A stretch of DNA of 64,000 nucleotides from Phoronis australis (taxonomy: Eukaryota; Animalia; Phoronida): the NCBI GenBank assembly GCA_002633005.1, contig NMRA01000281.1:17123-81122 (forward strand), written 5' to 3'. This document shows positions 38,201 through 50,763 of the stretch, piece after piece (the first letter of the stretch is position 1; each line of letters begins with the position of its first letter). The position numbers and the translations under genes were made by a program. The notes below the pieces were generated by a model. The model was not told the DNA's origin. It did no database searches and saw only the letters and a list, made by a program, of their open reading frames with translations.

Positions 38201-41200
38201 AAACAGGCTCTTGGCTACTCTACTACAGGCATCTTATTTACAGCGGCGGCCATTTTTTCTTCCTCTTATGTATCGGATTGTTTACTTGGTACATGTATAT
38301 ATGCTCCTTTAAGCACATTTAAAATGATGCCACAGTAGTGTCTAGCTTCCAGAGTAATATACTGATTGTGATCGTATCTTGTCAAACAGCAAAGCATTTT
38401 TGTATCATTTTCCAGTTGGCCGTGTTGCAAAAGGAGAAGTCAGATTTGAAAAACTCTGTGGAAGACCTGCAGTCACGGCTAAACGCGTCGCTAGCTGATG
38501 CTACGTCCAGGGACGAGGTTGAACAACTGACCAATCGACTGTTGAGCCTGGAGTCCACCAGTGACCAGTACAGGCTGGACATAGGGCAAGGAGAGGCGGA
38601 GAAGAGGAGATTGAGTGTTGAAGTTGAGAGTCTGAGGAGAGCACTGGCTGAGAGTGATGACAGACACAGCATGTTTGTGGATCAGGTGGAGGTAGGAACT
38701 CGAAGTTCAACTGGCATGCCTTTTTCATTTTTTTTATAAACAATCAATTTGAACAATGTAATGTGTGCTGTTACGTTCTGCCTGGCATTACACACTCAGT
38801 GTATTGCGTGGATCATCAAAAACTGACAAGATATTCCCTCACTGCAGGAAGCCTGTGTCATTGTCAACAGAGTGGTCAAGGTTGGCATTGCACACGAAAT
38901 TCTCTGACAGTGGTGTCACACCCAGTGTTTTTTTGTGTTTTTGTTGGTATTAGTGGACTATCGTAGTAGGTCTCATAGTAAGCTCACTGGCACCAAGATT
39001 GGATGTTGCAGCTGATTTGTTGTTCTAAGTGTTATCCTTTCAGGATTTTGAAATGTGTAAAGCTTCAAAGCTTATCCACTTGTTAAGTTAGGCCTGTATT
39101 CAATATTAGGTTTTATAATTGCACTTGAAGGTTATGCAAGGTTACGCATTGTGCCAGGCTTTTACAAGTAACTTCACACCACACAGTCTTATGAATATTT
39201 AATACCCTTTAACTGACCGCTGGACAGCTGCATTGGAAAATTCAATTATCATACTGTATTAGTCCAAATTGGAAAAAAGTCTAGTACACAGTCAACGATT
39301 TACGTACTTTGATCTTCATTCTGAGCCCTTTCTCAAACTAATGATGTTATGTCATCCTGCATGCCAACATCGATCACCTTGCGACGTGTCAGTTGCGCCG
39401 TGACAGAAGTTAATGTCTAAGTGGGTACCAAATGTTAAAAATACCAACCTCACAGGTTTACTCACTCTTCCAAAGGGATTTTTTGCTTTGTTTGAATTGA
39501 ACTTGGTTTCAAGAAGTCACTTGGAATCCCCTGACAGCTATACTGACTTGACGACTGAAACTCGTCGTGACGACTAACGTAATAGTCTGGGGTAATGATG
39601 ATATGTCACATCTTCTCGAGCCTAGAAATCATTTCCGATCAAAAAGGATGCGGTAAGTTTGAGAGACTATTTTCAACTTCCATGTGTGCTTGTGTGTCAC
39701 TGTGTTGTAAGTTTTTGACTTCATGTACATTTCAGTCTCTGAAGTGGTTGATTGAGCAGAAGTCGCGTGAAGTGGATAGTTTCGATAACCAACTGCGGTT
39801 GTCTGAGGACAGGCATGAAGTGGAGATCAACAACTTTAACAAAGCTCTGAAGGTATTACTTTACCTGCAGTTTAATTGTTCACAGTTTATGTCTGTGTTT
39901 AAACGCTACATTTGACAGTAGATAAAGACACGTCAGAACAATGGCCAATTTCTCTGCCTACTGAGAAAATGTGGCAATATGGTAGAGTTCAATAAATATC
40001 ATCTTGCTTCAGGTGCAGACAAAGGACTATTCCACTTTGTGCTGTCGCACTAATGCCACTTTCTATATACCACAGCGCCCTCTTTGATTCTGTGCCTCTT
40101 ACCCCTTAATGCTGTCCCTCAACGAACACAAAACGAGGCAGCTACTTACAAGTACTCTCAAGTTCGTCAATGTCACGACTATTTTGTGTTCTGGTCCTGT
40201 GATCAAACAACTACAAGTTCCGTATTTTATATTTTTCTAAGTATGTGAATGACTGACCTATCTTAAAGTTCCAACAACATCCTTTGATGACTTTGGGGGA
40301 GGGAGTTCTGGTAGTCCAGGCTTATAACTGATTTAGTTATCTGTTTTTGGTGCTGATTTGATGTCAGCTCTGAATAGATTGATTTAAGGGTTTTCTTGAT
40401 ATGAAGAGATTTGTGACAGGCTTTATTCAGACTTCATTGTTTCTTATGGTGGCGGAGTCAACCATTGGGGCGACGTCACTTAATATGAGAAAGGCTAGCA
40501 TCTTGGTTTGTGTAACTAGTGTCTCCACCGTCACTTTGCGAGTCATGACAACTGAATGATCCTGAAGCACAAAGTCAATGATCGAGACATTCGAAGTGAA
40601 GGTGGAAAACATTTGATGTGCACTTACTTTCTTGGAAAAGAATTTGGCTTCATTTTTGATTTTTGTTATTTCTTTTAGTGATCAACATGCTCTAGCATAA
40701 TTACTTATTACAGAATAATGTTGTTTTTATCTTCCTGTTAGACCGCTCACCAGGAGCTAGAAGCCCTAAAGTTAGAACTGAGCGCTGCCCGCAAGAGCAA
40801 GTATGTGTACCAGGCAAAACTGGCCGAATTGAGAAACGCAATGAAACTCAAGGTTAAAACTCAGGTAATGCTGCTAGGAGATATCGATTTTTCTTATAGA
40901 TTGTGACTATGTCTTATAAGTTAGCCAAATGTGGCTGAGTAGCAGTTGCCACAGGTCATGTATATATAACTGTTGATTGAATTGAATATTGGTCTTTAAA
41001 GAGTGCAATAGTTTCAGGCATTCCCCGTGTAATTGTTCACATCTCGTGTTTGTAAAACTTTGAATAGAATGAACCTTTCTGTCACTCACACCCAAGTTCA
41101 TGATCTTGATGTGCAAGTTCATGGCTAGCTTTTCACAACACTCCCAGACAAAGGACCTGGTCATGCCCAGAATTTGCTGCAGAGGGAAATATCGGAGAGT

Positions 41201-44200
41201 GATCAAGTGCCATTTGATGTGAACGTTTTCTGCTACAGTTGGTGATGGCATGATAACTAGTTGATATTGTAGCTTCATTGAGCTTGTAACTGTAAAACAT
41301 TAAATTAATGGAGTTCTGGGATATTTAGAATCATGGTTTCTTATATAAATAGTTGCTATAAACTTGTACTCCGTCAAAGAAAATAACTTTTGATTGAGAC
41401 CAGGTACCACAGCTATAAAATTGGCCGTAACTTGTTCCTTACTCATGAGAAGTGATTTTTGTGTGTTCACATAACTATGTCTAATTTATGTGGGCGCATA
41501 AAGTACATATTTCATAATGCAGCCGTACATTGCTGTCATCTCTGTCCGGGCATCTAGCATGCATTGCTGCATCTCCGAATTCCTTGGGGGGATCTTCCTG
41601 AAAGTTTTTCAGGTGTGTTCCTAGAGAGATGACTTCAGATGGTGACATTCAGACAGCGATCTGTGCCCTTGAGTGGCACTTTGATCATTAATTGTTTCTT
41701 TCTAATATTTTTGACAGATTTTCTTAAAGTTTTGCTGATAGGTTTCTGAGACGCCTCCCGGTACCCATTTTTATTTTTTCTGTCTGAAATTTGCCAAGTG
41801 AGTTTGTGTTAAGGAGATGATAAGACCTTTTTACGGATGGATTAGATCTTTCCGCACCACCTAGGTGCCACTTTTGTTTATTTTTGAGTCTGATTTTGCC
41901 ATCAGCTGGATCTTAGTAAAATTTGAGCTGACTCTGTATTCATATTATCGACATAGCAACAACTTTTTTCAGAGTGACTGTGTCTCGTGGCAATTTTATG
42001 TTTATGTTTACCTTAAGTTTTTACCTTCTGAGTTTCTGGGTGATTGTTCATGAAATTTGACAAATTGTCCATTAGGGAGATGACGAGTTCTCCTTGTTTC
42101 CAGATGAGTTCAAAACAAAATGGCCTTATCGTACTATTGGATAACATTCCTAGAAGCATACCATTCACTGTGAGGTCATGGGTGCATTTCAACACTTTAT
42201 GTTGCTCTTGCTGATCTTCAGAAGAACACACAGTTGGTTATTTCTCAAGACCGTGTTCGGTGAATTAAATGAATACACCGTCATACGCTATTAAAAGTCA
42301 GATGGTATTGTTCGCTTGTATTTAACTGTTCGTTTTGGGAAAGGATATACCAACTTCTCTCAAATGTGGAGAAATATGTAAACTCTACTTTTGATGCTTT
42401 TACTGTCATATTGGGAGTTATTGGGTGCAGGGATAAGTCTCTAATAACAAATATTTTTAGTACTCGAAGTAAAGGCATTTTTCCCCTACAAATGCAGAGC
42501 ACTTACCTCTTCATTAATTAAAAGTAAATTGATTTATTATTTGAAAATATAAAAATATATTTTCACAAGATATTGAAATTTTTTTTTAAACAGTCAAATG
42601 ATGGATATTGGACTATAATTTCTGGGGTAGATTATGTAACATGCAGTTTGCGTACTTGTGGTGGGAATGTGTGTCAGTCTGATCATTAAACATAACATGT
42701 TGTAGCTGAGATTTTTTTCTGCCTTACATGTACATGTTTGCATAATTATGCAATGAATAGTAAAAAGAAAAAAATTCACCATGATGACAAATCACTTTAC
42801 TAATCCTGGTCTCAAGCAATAACAAACATTCAAATCTTTTGATGCACCCACTGTATCGGGTACACTTAACCATAGGTGTATATTACACATTGAGTCTATC
42901 CATATTTAGTACAGTAAACTTGCGGGTTAACGCCCATGCCCAGGTAATCGCCCACCTAGGATTTTTGCCAAATTTCAATGTAATCGCCCACTCCCAAGTT
43001 GCCAATTTTTGGTTTAAGTGCCCACTGCTTGAGTAATGGGCCACCCCCTCCCACTCGTCTCAGGGTTTCCCAATTTAAGCACCCAGGGCATTAACACGGA
43101 AGTTTACAGTACCCAACAACGTGGGACGACCTGTATTTATGAAAGAGAATGTACCAAAGCAGGTCCAGCTGGGTATTCCTGCCAAAGCAAGTCCTCTAGT
43201 TGTATAATTAGGTGTACCTGCTATAGTGGAGACACCTATAGGAAACTGGTGACACACTTCTGAAAGATCTGCTAAGGGAAGTCAAACAGATGGCTTTGTA
43301 AAAAGACAATTAGGATGGTTGCCGCTGTGCAAGCTTGTGTACAATTTCAGCCAAAATCAGTATGAACCGATCCGTGTTGTACATAAATTGCATGTCAATA
43401 TGGTCATGTAATACAGCCTGTCTTGAGCAAACTAGCAGTCAAAGAGATTTTGACAATACACTTTGCAAACAGATTTCTAAGTGATGAGAGAGAACAATAA
43501 TTTGGCATAAACTGGTTAAATGTCAAAATTTCAGCATTCTAACAGCCAGCTAGATTCACAGACGGAGAATGACAGATTTGTGGAAATTGAGCGCATTTTA
43601 CAGAGTGAAAGTGGACCTCTATTCTACTCCAGCCAGTAAGTTGAGTGCTGAAACTTAGTAGAGGCAGATCAATAATTGTGTAGACTGTTATTAAAGTTCC
43701 CATGGAGACTGTAAAGTTCTAACTCTATAGCAGGATACAACTCTCGGTTGGTTCAAAAGAATGTTCCATGTTGTTTGCAGATGCTAAACTCACAAACAGT
43801 GAATAGTCTTCAAATAGGACTTTCAGCCTGCCATTTTATAATTGAGTGTAGGAAACAATTTTGTTCAACAGCAAGACTGTCACAGCATTATTACTTTTCT
43901 CTCAAGGAGTTATTATTTTTATGACTTGTGAGACTACATTAAAGATGGCACATGGCCACTTGTCAAATCATTCCAGATTTTTCGTCAGCTAGTCTAATCC
44001 CTTTTATTTACACCCAATGTACATCTGAGGTTTGTTATCGTAAGAAACACTTATTACATTTCAATAAATGTGTTCAGGGTTTGTTGATGACAAATTTGGA
44101 AATTTAATGCAATGCTGATGGGATGTCCTCAGCCTGTAGCCAGATATTTTGGAAGTAGTCACTCACAAGGGTCCCAATTTATGAGAAACTTTCTCTGCCG

Positions 44201-47200
44201 AATAACACCCATCATACTGGTTCTCAAGATTCGGGCCCCCTGTGAGTTACGTACTATTGTCGATATTTCTATCCTTGCTCACTTGGACCATTCTATTCAC
44301 TCAGACCACTGGAAAGACTACGCACTTGTCTAGCCGGTCTGAGGGGAGAGATGACAGGACTTGAAGAGAAGATAGCCAAGCACGCGGTGGATCTGGAAAG
44401 TTCGTCTGCTTCGTGGAGGTAATATGAAGTTGACGATTGCGAAAAGAAATAGTGCCACATGCACATTTTTTGCTTGACAACTCCAAGGAGTTTTGTCTCG
44501 CTCTGCAATTAGTAAATGATCAGACTTCTGCAAATTCTAAGCATAGACATGTTAATACTTTAGACCGGGTGCACGTGCTGCTGCAGCTGACAATTTGACG
44601 CCATATTGGAAAGTGTTACTAGTCACGTGACACGGCTAATTGCCGTGTAAACAAACAGGGTAAATTTCTCTTTTTAAATCGCGATATCTAACAAATAAAG
44701 AGGTGGAAGAGTGCGTTTTTTTCCAGAAACATAAAAAAACGTGATGTAGCACTTACATCTGTTTTTTTAAGTGTCAATCATTGATAAGGAAAATATCAAA
44801 CTAATAGAAGATCGCAACCAGTGGCAGATTCTCAAATTGTCTGAACGGCTGCACGCTTGTTATCCACTTTGATCTTTTTTTTTGTTTTTTCAAGAGAAAC
44901 CAGTAAGATCTTGCAAATTTATCATTTAATTCGTGTCGCTCGATGCAAAATAATACATTATATCCAGGAGACGTGCTGCTTACTTGGGACGTAGTTTTCA
45001 GTATTGAAAATGACCCCAGGTAACAACGTAAAATTAAAATCAGCTCAGTGAGTCAATAAGGTATGATTTTATTGGAGATTAGAGCAACTATTGAGCAAAA
45101 GAGAGCTGACCCTCCAACCCTAATTGCCAAAATGGACTTAATCAGTCGTCGGTGTAAGATATTGGCTACAGCGGTCATCCGCCCAGCTTGTGCTATACAA
45201 ACTAACAAGTTAGACTAAACGGGAGAACTCCGTATTGTAAAAAGCAAAGAACACAGACTCAATTCCTCTCTTGTGCATCGCTTGGGATTGCCAACGAACA
45301 AATATTTGTCTCTCACGCACGGTATTCCTCACTCACGAATCAGAAGTCAACCTCGATCAAGCACCAGGCACTTGTTGGTGTTTTGTAGTATCCCCACACC
45401 GTGTAATTATGTGCTCACAAAGAGATCAGCCTGCTCCCACACATTATTTCAAACCGTTCCTATCTACCCCTGCCCATAATCTGATAAACGTACTGCGCGT
45501 CCCTCAGTCGAGAAATTTATAATAAATTCTTCCACGCACACTTGGCCTTTTTTCTCACGTTCCAAATTTGACATTTATAGTAAGAAAATTTGGCTGCGAT
45601 AGGAAGATTCTTAACATGTGGCCAAGTATTTTGGATTAGTCTTCATGCAGTTCAGTAGTCAGATATTTTATCCTGGCACGAGCAGTGTAAAAATGGCCAG
45701 TTGCCAAGTTGTGCAACTGAACGAACGCCGAGACTGTTTGAAAAATTGTAATTGTTTTCGCTTCAGCCCCGCTTCCCACATCATATTCCTGGTCTACACG
45801 CCGTTCAATTTTTGGACTCCCTAATTGCGGCATATATTGAAAAGGCAAGATTTCCCTTGCAAAATCCTGACTAATACATGCGCCCACCCAGTAGGGTCGG
45901 GCTCGGAGGTTCGAATGAGCCACCCCCCCTATTTGACGAAGTGGGTAAAAAGGTCCTTCTTAGGGAAACAAAAAGTCCGAGGAAACGAGACGAAAGTCTA
46001 CAGGAATTTGTTGCAAATGTGCAATCCACGGGGTTGAACCTAGTACCCCGTTTTTTTAGTACTCGTCTTCTTGTTCCAGTAAAAGGTCCAAATGACCGCG
46101 AAATTTGAGTCCCCCTCTATATTTTAGGCTGGGTGCGCGCATGTGATCCTCTGCCTTGCCCCCCCCAAATCAAAATTCTGGATCAGCCCCTGGAACCATT
46201 GAATAATGGCGGGATGGGTTTTCATGGACGTGAGGTCATTTTTTCATGGGCTAAAAATTCTTCACATTAAATTAACACCGTGTGAAAAAACTAGCCGGGG
46301 TCATTTTTCACAGGGTCATTATTTAATGCTACACCGGCTCGGTTGGGTATATTTCCACTCGGTTTCGAGTTGGAAATTCTGTATTTTGAGTATAGGTCGA
46401 ATGCGCAGTTCAGTCGCACAGGTTTGATATTTTGCTTACTATGCACTTTTTTGTGCAAGTTTTGAGTCTCAAAACAAAGAGCTCGTAAGCAAGCAGTGCA
46501 AATCTACAAAATTTCTAATATCAGCTTTAACTTAAATACAGATTTTGCAGCAATATGTTTGTTTTAATACAACACAAGAAATTTGATTTCAACAGAGAAT
46601 ACATTATTCACTTAGGTAGCTGATTTTGATGGCTGGCGAGTAGGTTCGGGATGTTATTTTTCAGAACAAGTTAATACATATGATTGTCATTGATACCAAA
46701 TATTTGCTTATTAAGTACAATTAACAAACAGCATCATCATTGGATAAGAGCATATGGTGGTCAATAATTATCTTTTAATTGATCTTATATGGTCTCAATC
46801 ACCAAGACTGATGTGGAAACAACGCATAATTGCTCTGCTTAAACTATGGTGGTAGAACATAAAAGCCTAGTGGCAGCGCCTCTTAACTCCATGGCCGAAC
46901 CAAAAAACCCATGACTCAAAGGCAGAACCAAAAACTTAACCCTTTGACCGTAAGCATAACACTGCGAGCCCACCGATTTGCTGACTGATGCCTTAGGTCT
47001 CCCAGTGTTTTCCGCCATTTTTGTCTTGTGTAATACTCTCCAATATGGCATATTGACAACGCGAGCTGCATGTATCTGAGTGACGCGTGCCCGGTCTATG
47101 TGATGTCTATGTTCTAACCCTTGAGCAAGTCATTCATGTTTATAACCCTGTCTTGTTGTTACCACTGTCATACAGTTGTGATTATGCAAAGTTTCATTTC

Positions 47201-50200
47201 TTTCAAGAACCAAGCTCCTTGAAGCTTCAACTTTAAAGCTATACCTATTACTTAGACGGCAAATGACTTGACTGTACCAAATGAGTGTTAGTAACTAATA
47301 TTGTCAGCAGTAAACCATTTGTTGCGTATGTATGATATTAAATGACTGCAGCTTTAAAGTGGAACTTGCACACTAATTTCTTATGTTTGTGATTGCTCGG
47401 TCAAATTAGTTAAAAACACATCATATAGCGACGATGTGAATAGTTATGAAGTACGTTGAAAATTGTGAGATTTTTTAAGAATGAGTTTTGTGTTGACGAT
47501 GATCTGCTCTGAATCACTCAATTGTGTCCAGTAAGTATCGTTACGTGGTGTTGGGGAATAACACTGCGTGATGCGGGCTATGTGAGCCCACAACGTACGT
47601 CATTAGTGCAAAGGTCAGTTTATTTGGGATTTTTTTTTATTTTCACATTATTTTACAAGTTGTCAATGAACACAACACAATTACTGCACTTTGTTTGGTG
47701 TAGATGATGTTCAAATAGCATTGTCGTTGAGTTCCTGCAATACATTTAGCATAGTTAGGAGCATGCAAATAGATCTTTAATGAAAACTACATATGACTCT
47801 CTGACACCTTTTAATTCTGAACACTCGTCATGCAACTCTTAAGTATTGTGAAAGCAGGAAAACAAAAATTTCAAATTTTGGTGTGCAAAACGGGTCGAAT
47901 GCAAATTACTTTCATTCACTGACATTTTGGTCAGTTTTGTATTAATTATTTGATTATCCCATAGCACAGCACTGTCAGTGGCAACTTCATAGCACATTAG
48001 TTGTAAAGAATTTATAGAAATGCTGGGAAATGTCACTGTGTTAAGTCTTCATTCAAGAATGTTATCCATCAACTACTCAGTTTCCTATTAGGGACAAAAA
48101 CCTATTTCATTAAGTCACCTTTGTTTGCAAAATGACAATTGCTGCCTGCAAAAGACCATTTATTGAGTGTGAGTGACCGTCAATGGGTCAAAACGTGTCA
48201 ATGACCTGTGGTTTACTCATTGACCAGACAAGTAAGGGCTGTTAAGAGTCGTGATCCCAGACCCCCTTGCAGTTATCACTTTGTTCGAAAATCTGGTTGA
48301 ATGTCATGTTTGTCCTTGACTAGGAATTTGTTAAGCATCATGCTTGCTGGTACACACAGTCATTATCTACAACTCAGCCAAGAGTAACTAATTGGAGTCA
48401 TAACAGCATGCATTGTTTGCGTTCGTTTAGAAAGGCCATGCGCGAAGTACGGCCATTTTTTAGTTTAATTCAGGGTATAAACCATGATTATAAAAATGAA
48501 TCAAGTACCTACTGTTACGCCCACAAATTACTGAATACCAAACGAATTTTCTTGACGTGTACAAAATAATATAACATACTGTGTTTTTAGAGAAAATGAG
48601 ATTTCAGAATTTTTAACAACTGCGCTTCCTTAGAATAAAATTTTTCTCGCCCAAAAAGAAATGGTCAGGACATGATATTTTTGTCCAGCTAATTATCAAA
48701 ATCAATTAGCATGTTATGTACCATTTTCAAGTGTATGTTACATGTTTTAGTTATAAATTTGTTCTGATAATTTCTGTTCCAATGTTTTTATTCACTAAAA
48801 ATTATTGCAACCTAAAATAAAAAGTCACATCCGTTACCATGAATTACACTAAATGCAGAAAAAGTGCCTTGAGGCAAGATTCTATGCAAAAAAAGTTAAA
48901 CATTGATATAACTCTAATATGTTGACAGTTACTCTAAAAAAAATTATAGTCATTTTAACTTTTCCAACCCCACGGACCAAATACGGTGAAATGTTTCGGA
49001 AATAAAATACTGTCCTGGCTATAATAAACTGAACTAAAACTGGTGATTTTTCAAACTTAGCTTCTGAACTTGAATTCCTCATGAACAGTTTGGTGGCAAT
49101 CAGTTTTACTTGACGTTTTACAATAGACAAGCTTCATGCAATGTCTAGAATTAGCCTTGATTTGGAAACTGGAGTTGAAACATAACATATGTTTTGTAAT
49201 GTCAAGAAAAGAAGCTTTACATTGTTTGATATTGTGCACCAAGGTGTAGTGGATTTCCATGACCTTGCCCTCATTTTCGAGGTCATAACGAAAAACTGGA
49301 AAATGTTGGCACAATACTTTACAATAGCAGCTTTAGATATTGTCCTGGTATTTTTTCATAAAGGTTTGTGCAAGGCATTTCTGGGTGTTAGTTGAATTTG
49401 GAGACCTTGACCTGATTTTTAAAGTCGTAACAAAAAGTTTAGGAGTTTCTGCTTAGAAAATGTTGTTGGCATGGTGTCCCAGTCAAGAAGGATACTTAAG
49501 TTTTGCTCATATTTTACATTTCAGTCTGCAGTCCAATTTGGCAATATTTAATGTGTTTTCAAGGGGATACTGATGTTAAAATTACATCACACCAAACACT
49601 GAATGAAATTTCATTTTTGAGGCAAAATTTTGTTAATTATAATTGATTTTCAGACCATGTGTGACATAAAATTTGTAAAGTAATGGATAAATATAGATTA
49701 TTACATGGCGAAGTCGTTATCCCCGTTATCTGGAGCCCCGAGGGTGATAATTCTACAAAATCCACGTTGGCTCTAGATAAGGGGGATAACGACTGAGAAC
49801 ATGTAATAATCTGTTTATACTACATACTGAATGAGAAACATTCAAATGAATCGATCTACTTTTCTCAACTTGCCTCGGGTTTGTAACTACTTTCTATGTC
49901 AGAGGCCCGGGGTCGGAGGTTGTGACTTTTCAAGAAAAGCCGAGATATTTTTGTAAAATAATTCTTTTACTCAAAACCAATTGAAAAATAAAACAAAATA
50001 GAAATAAATTGAATCTATAAATTAAGGTTTAGCAACTGTTATAGCTTATTACACATTTTATCACGCTAAGCTTCGACCAGGAATATATCGTCAGCTAAAG
50101 TAGGTTGCCACTAGTAACTGACTATAATGCTCAAGTCATAGGATCCCAACCACACGACACCTGCATTCAAATTGGAGATCGGTGATTTACAAGTGAGAGA

Positions 50201-50763
50201 ACACAAGAGAAAAATTTCACTGAATTAAAATATAGTTTTTATGGAAATTATGCGTCTTATTTTTCATAGCGTATAATTGTTGGTGCAATGCCCTTTGCTG
50301 AACATGCGATTGTTGTGCGTGCCGATTTAAGTATTCTATTTTCACGTTCGATGACGTCAGCCGCTGAGAGGTGTAGTGGTAAAGTCGGCGACTCGCAACT
50401 GATGAGGCCCGGGCTCGAATCCGCCCTCGGTTTCCCGCCAAAATGTTATAATCTCACTAGTGAGATAACTTTATGGGTTATTACGCGGTTGTATCTGCCA
50501 TTCGAGGCTAATATTGTGGTATAAACTATCATTGCCACCTTATATGAAAATAACGCTGTAAAAGAATTAGCATCACATTGTTATCCTCTGACAAATGCTA
50601 GTTTTATTTGTGTCTTATTTTCCTGATTTGTTTCAGACGAGTTGAAGGTATGGTACAGAGTGTCAGAGAAGCATGCGATGTAAACCCATCAGAAGTGAAA
50701 AAGACTGGCTTGGACCAGGCCGAGACTGGGCAAACTACAGGAACTCCTGTTCTAGATGTCTAG
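26207..50763 (+). CDS. GOLGA3: Golgin subfamily A member 3 (golgin-160)-like coiled-coil protein, 13 coding exons, about 1390 aa
   Basis: Exons 26207-26339, 27224-27411, 28001-28076, 29201-29250, 30835-33285, 33713-33914, 35013-35227, 38416-38691, 39736-39852, 40742-40864, 43535-43635, 44305-44418, 50637-50763. All are GT-AG and phase-consistent, total 4173 nt. Motifs recalled from golgin-160: LEGQ.E, WYQ.QL..AQEARV.LQ.E, IEADM, LE.EKG.L.G, QAK..EL.N.MK, PL..L..CL..L..EM..L...H....S..SW. Confidence 0.85.
30835..33285 (+). CDS. GOLGA3: GOLGA3-like large 2451-bp exon (end of head domain and coiled coil)
   Basis: tcag acceptor at 30831-30834, cag|gtatgt donor at 33286; long E/Q/K/L heptad-rich ORF. 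Confidence 0.92.
33713..33914 (+). CDS. GOLGA3: GOLGA3-like exon
   Basis: VVSSELE...LELEREKGRLA; GT-AG borders. Confidence 0.85.
35013..35227 (+). CDS. GOLGA3: GOLGA3-like exon
   Basis: GIQQSHLALKQHANVLEDAVGRRE...; GT-AG borders. Confidence 0.85.
35345..36115 (+). mobile_element. Helentron-associated (HINE/DINE-1-like) non-autonomous element
   Basis: T-run start, 5' subterminal TATGCGCCCAC with a local hairpin, CCGT/CGTC microsatellite, internal repeats, 3' GTGGG(C/T)GCAT, ending TGCTC.TGTT; closely similar to 53331-54135. Confidence 0.7.
37252..38008. mobile_element. PIF/Harbinger-like MITE
   Basis: About 33-bp TIRs GGGCTGTTCCAG.AAAATC.GT.TGGGAGGGGGG; TGA on both flanks (3-bp TSD). Confidence 0.75.
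38416..38691 (+). CDS. GOLGA3: GOLGA3-like exon
   Basis: LAVLQKEKSDLK...; GT-AG borders, phase 0. Confidence 0.8.
39736..39852 (+). CDS. GOLGA3: GOLGA3-like exon
   Basis: SLKWLIEQKSREV...; GT-AG borders, phase 0. Confidence 0.8.
40742..40864 (+). CDS. GOLGA3: GOLGA3-like exon
   Basis: TAHQELEALKLELSAARKSKYVYQAKLAELRNAMK; GT-AG borders. Confidence 0.8.
41480..42211 (+). mobile_element. HINE-like element, older diverged copy
   Basis: ATGTGGGCGCATAAA...GTCATCTC.GTCC...ATGGGTGCATTTCAAC...GTTGCTCTTG. Confidence 0.5.
42912..43109. mobile_element. Tc1/mariner (pogo/Tigger-like) MITE
   Basis: TA|CAGTAAACTT.CG.GTTAA.GCCC ... GGGCATTAACACGGAAGTTTACAG|TA, with internal AATCGCCCAC repeats. Confidence 0.65.
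44305..44418 (+). CDS. GOLGA3: GOLGA3-like exon (conserved C-terminal block)
   Basis: PLERLRTCLAGLRGEMTGLEEKIAKHAVDLESSSASW; phase 2 at both ends. Confidence 0.8.
44542..47111. mobile_element. Non-autonomous TIR DNA transposon, 2570 bp, 7-bp TSD (P-element-like), with nested MITEs
   Basis: Ends CATAGACAT...ATGTCTATG; inner inverted repeats TAGACCGGG/CCCGGTCTA and GCCATATTGGA/TCCAATATGGC; flanks TTCTAAG (44535-44541) and TTCTAAC (47112-47118). Confidence 0.7.
45877..46143. mobile_element. MITE family A copy nested in the 44542-47111 element
   Basis: CATGCGCCCACCCAG...CTGGGTGCGCGCATG; TTTTTTTAGTACTCGT block shared with the 1674 copy. Confidence 0.75.
49692..49818. repeat. Long imperfect inverted repeat; related sequence lies inverted at about 2465-2518
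   Basis: GATTATTACATGGCGAAGTCGTTATC occurs here and as its reverse complement near 2490-2515; fold-back partner GATAACGAC...CATGTAATAATC. Confidence 0.6.
50637..50763 (+). CDS. GOLGA3: GOLGA3-like terminal coding exon
   Basis: Strong polypyrimidine tract and cag acceptor; phase 2 compatible; TAG at 50761-50763. Confidence 0.65.
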
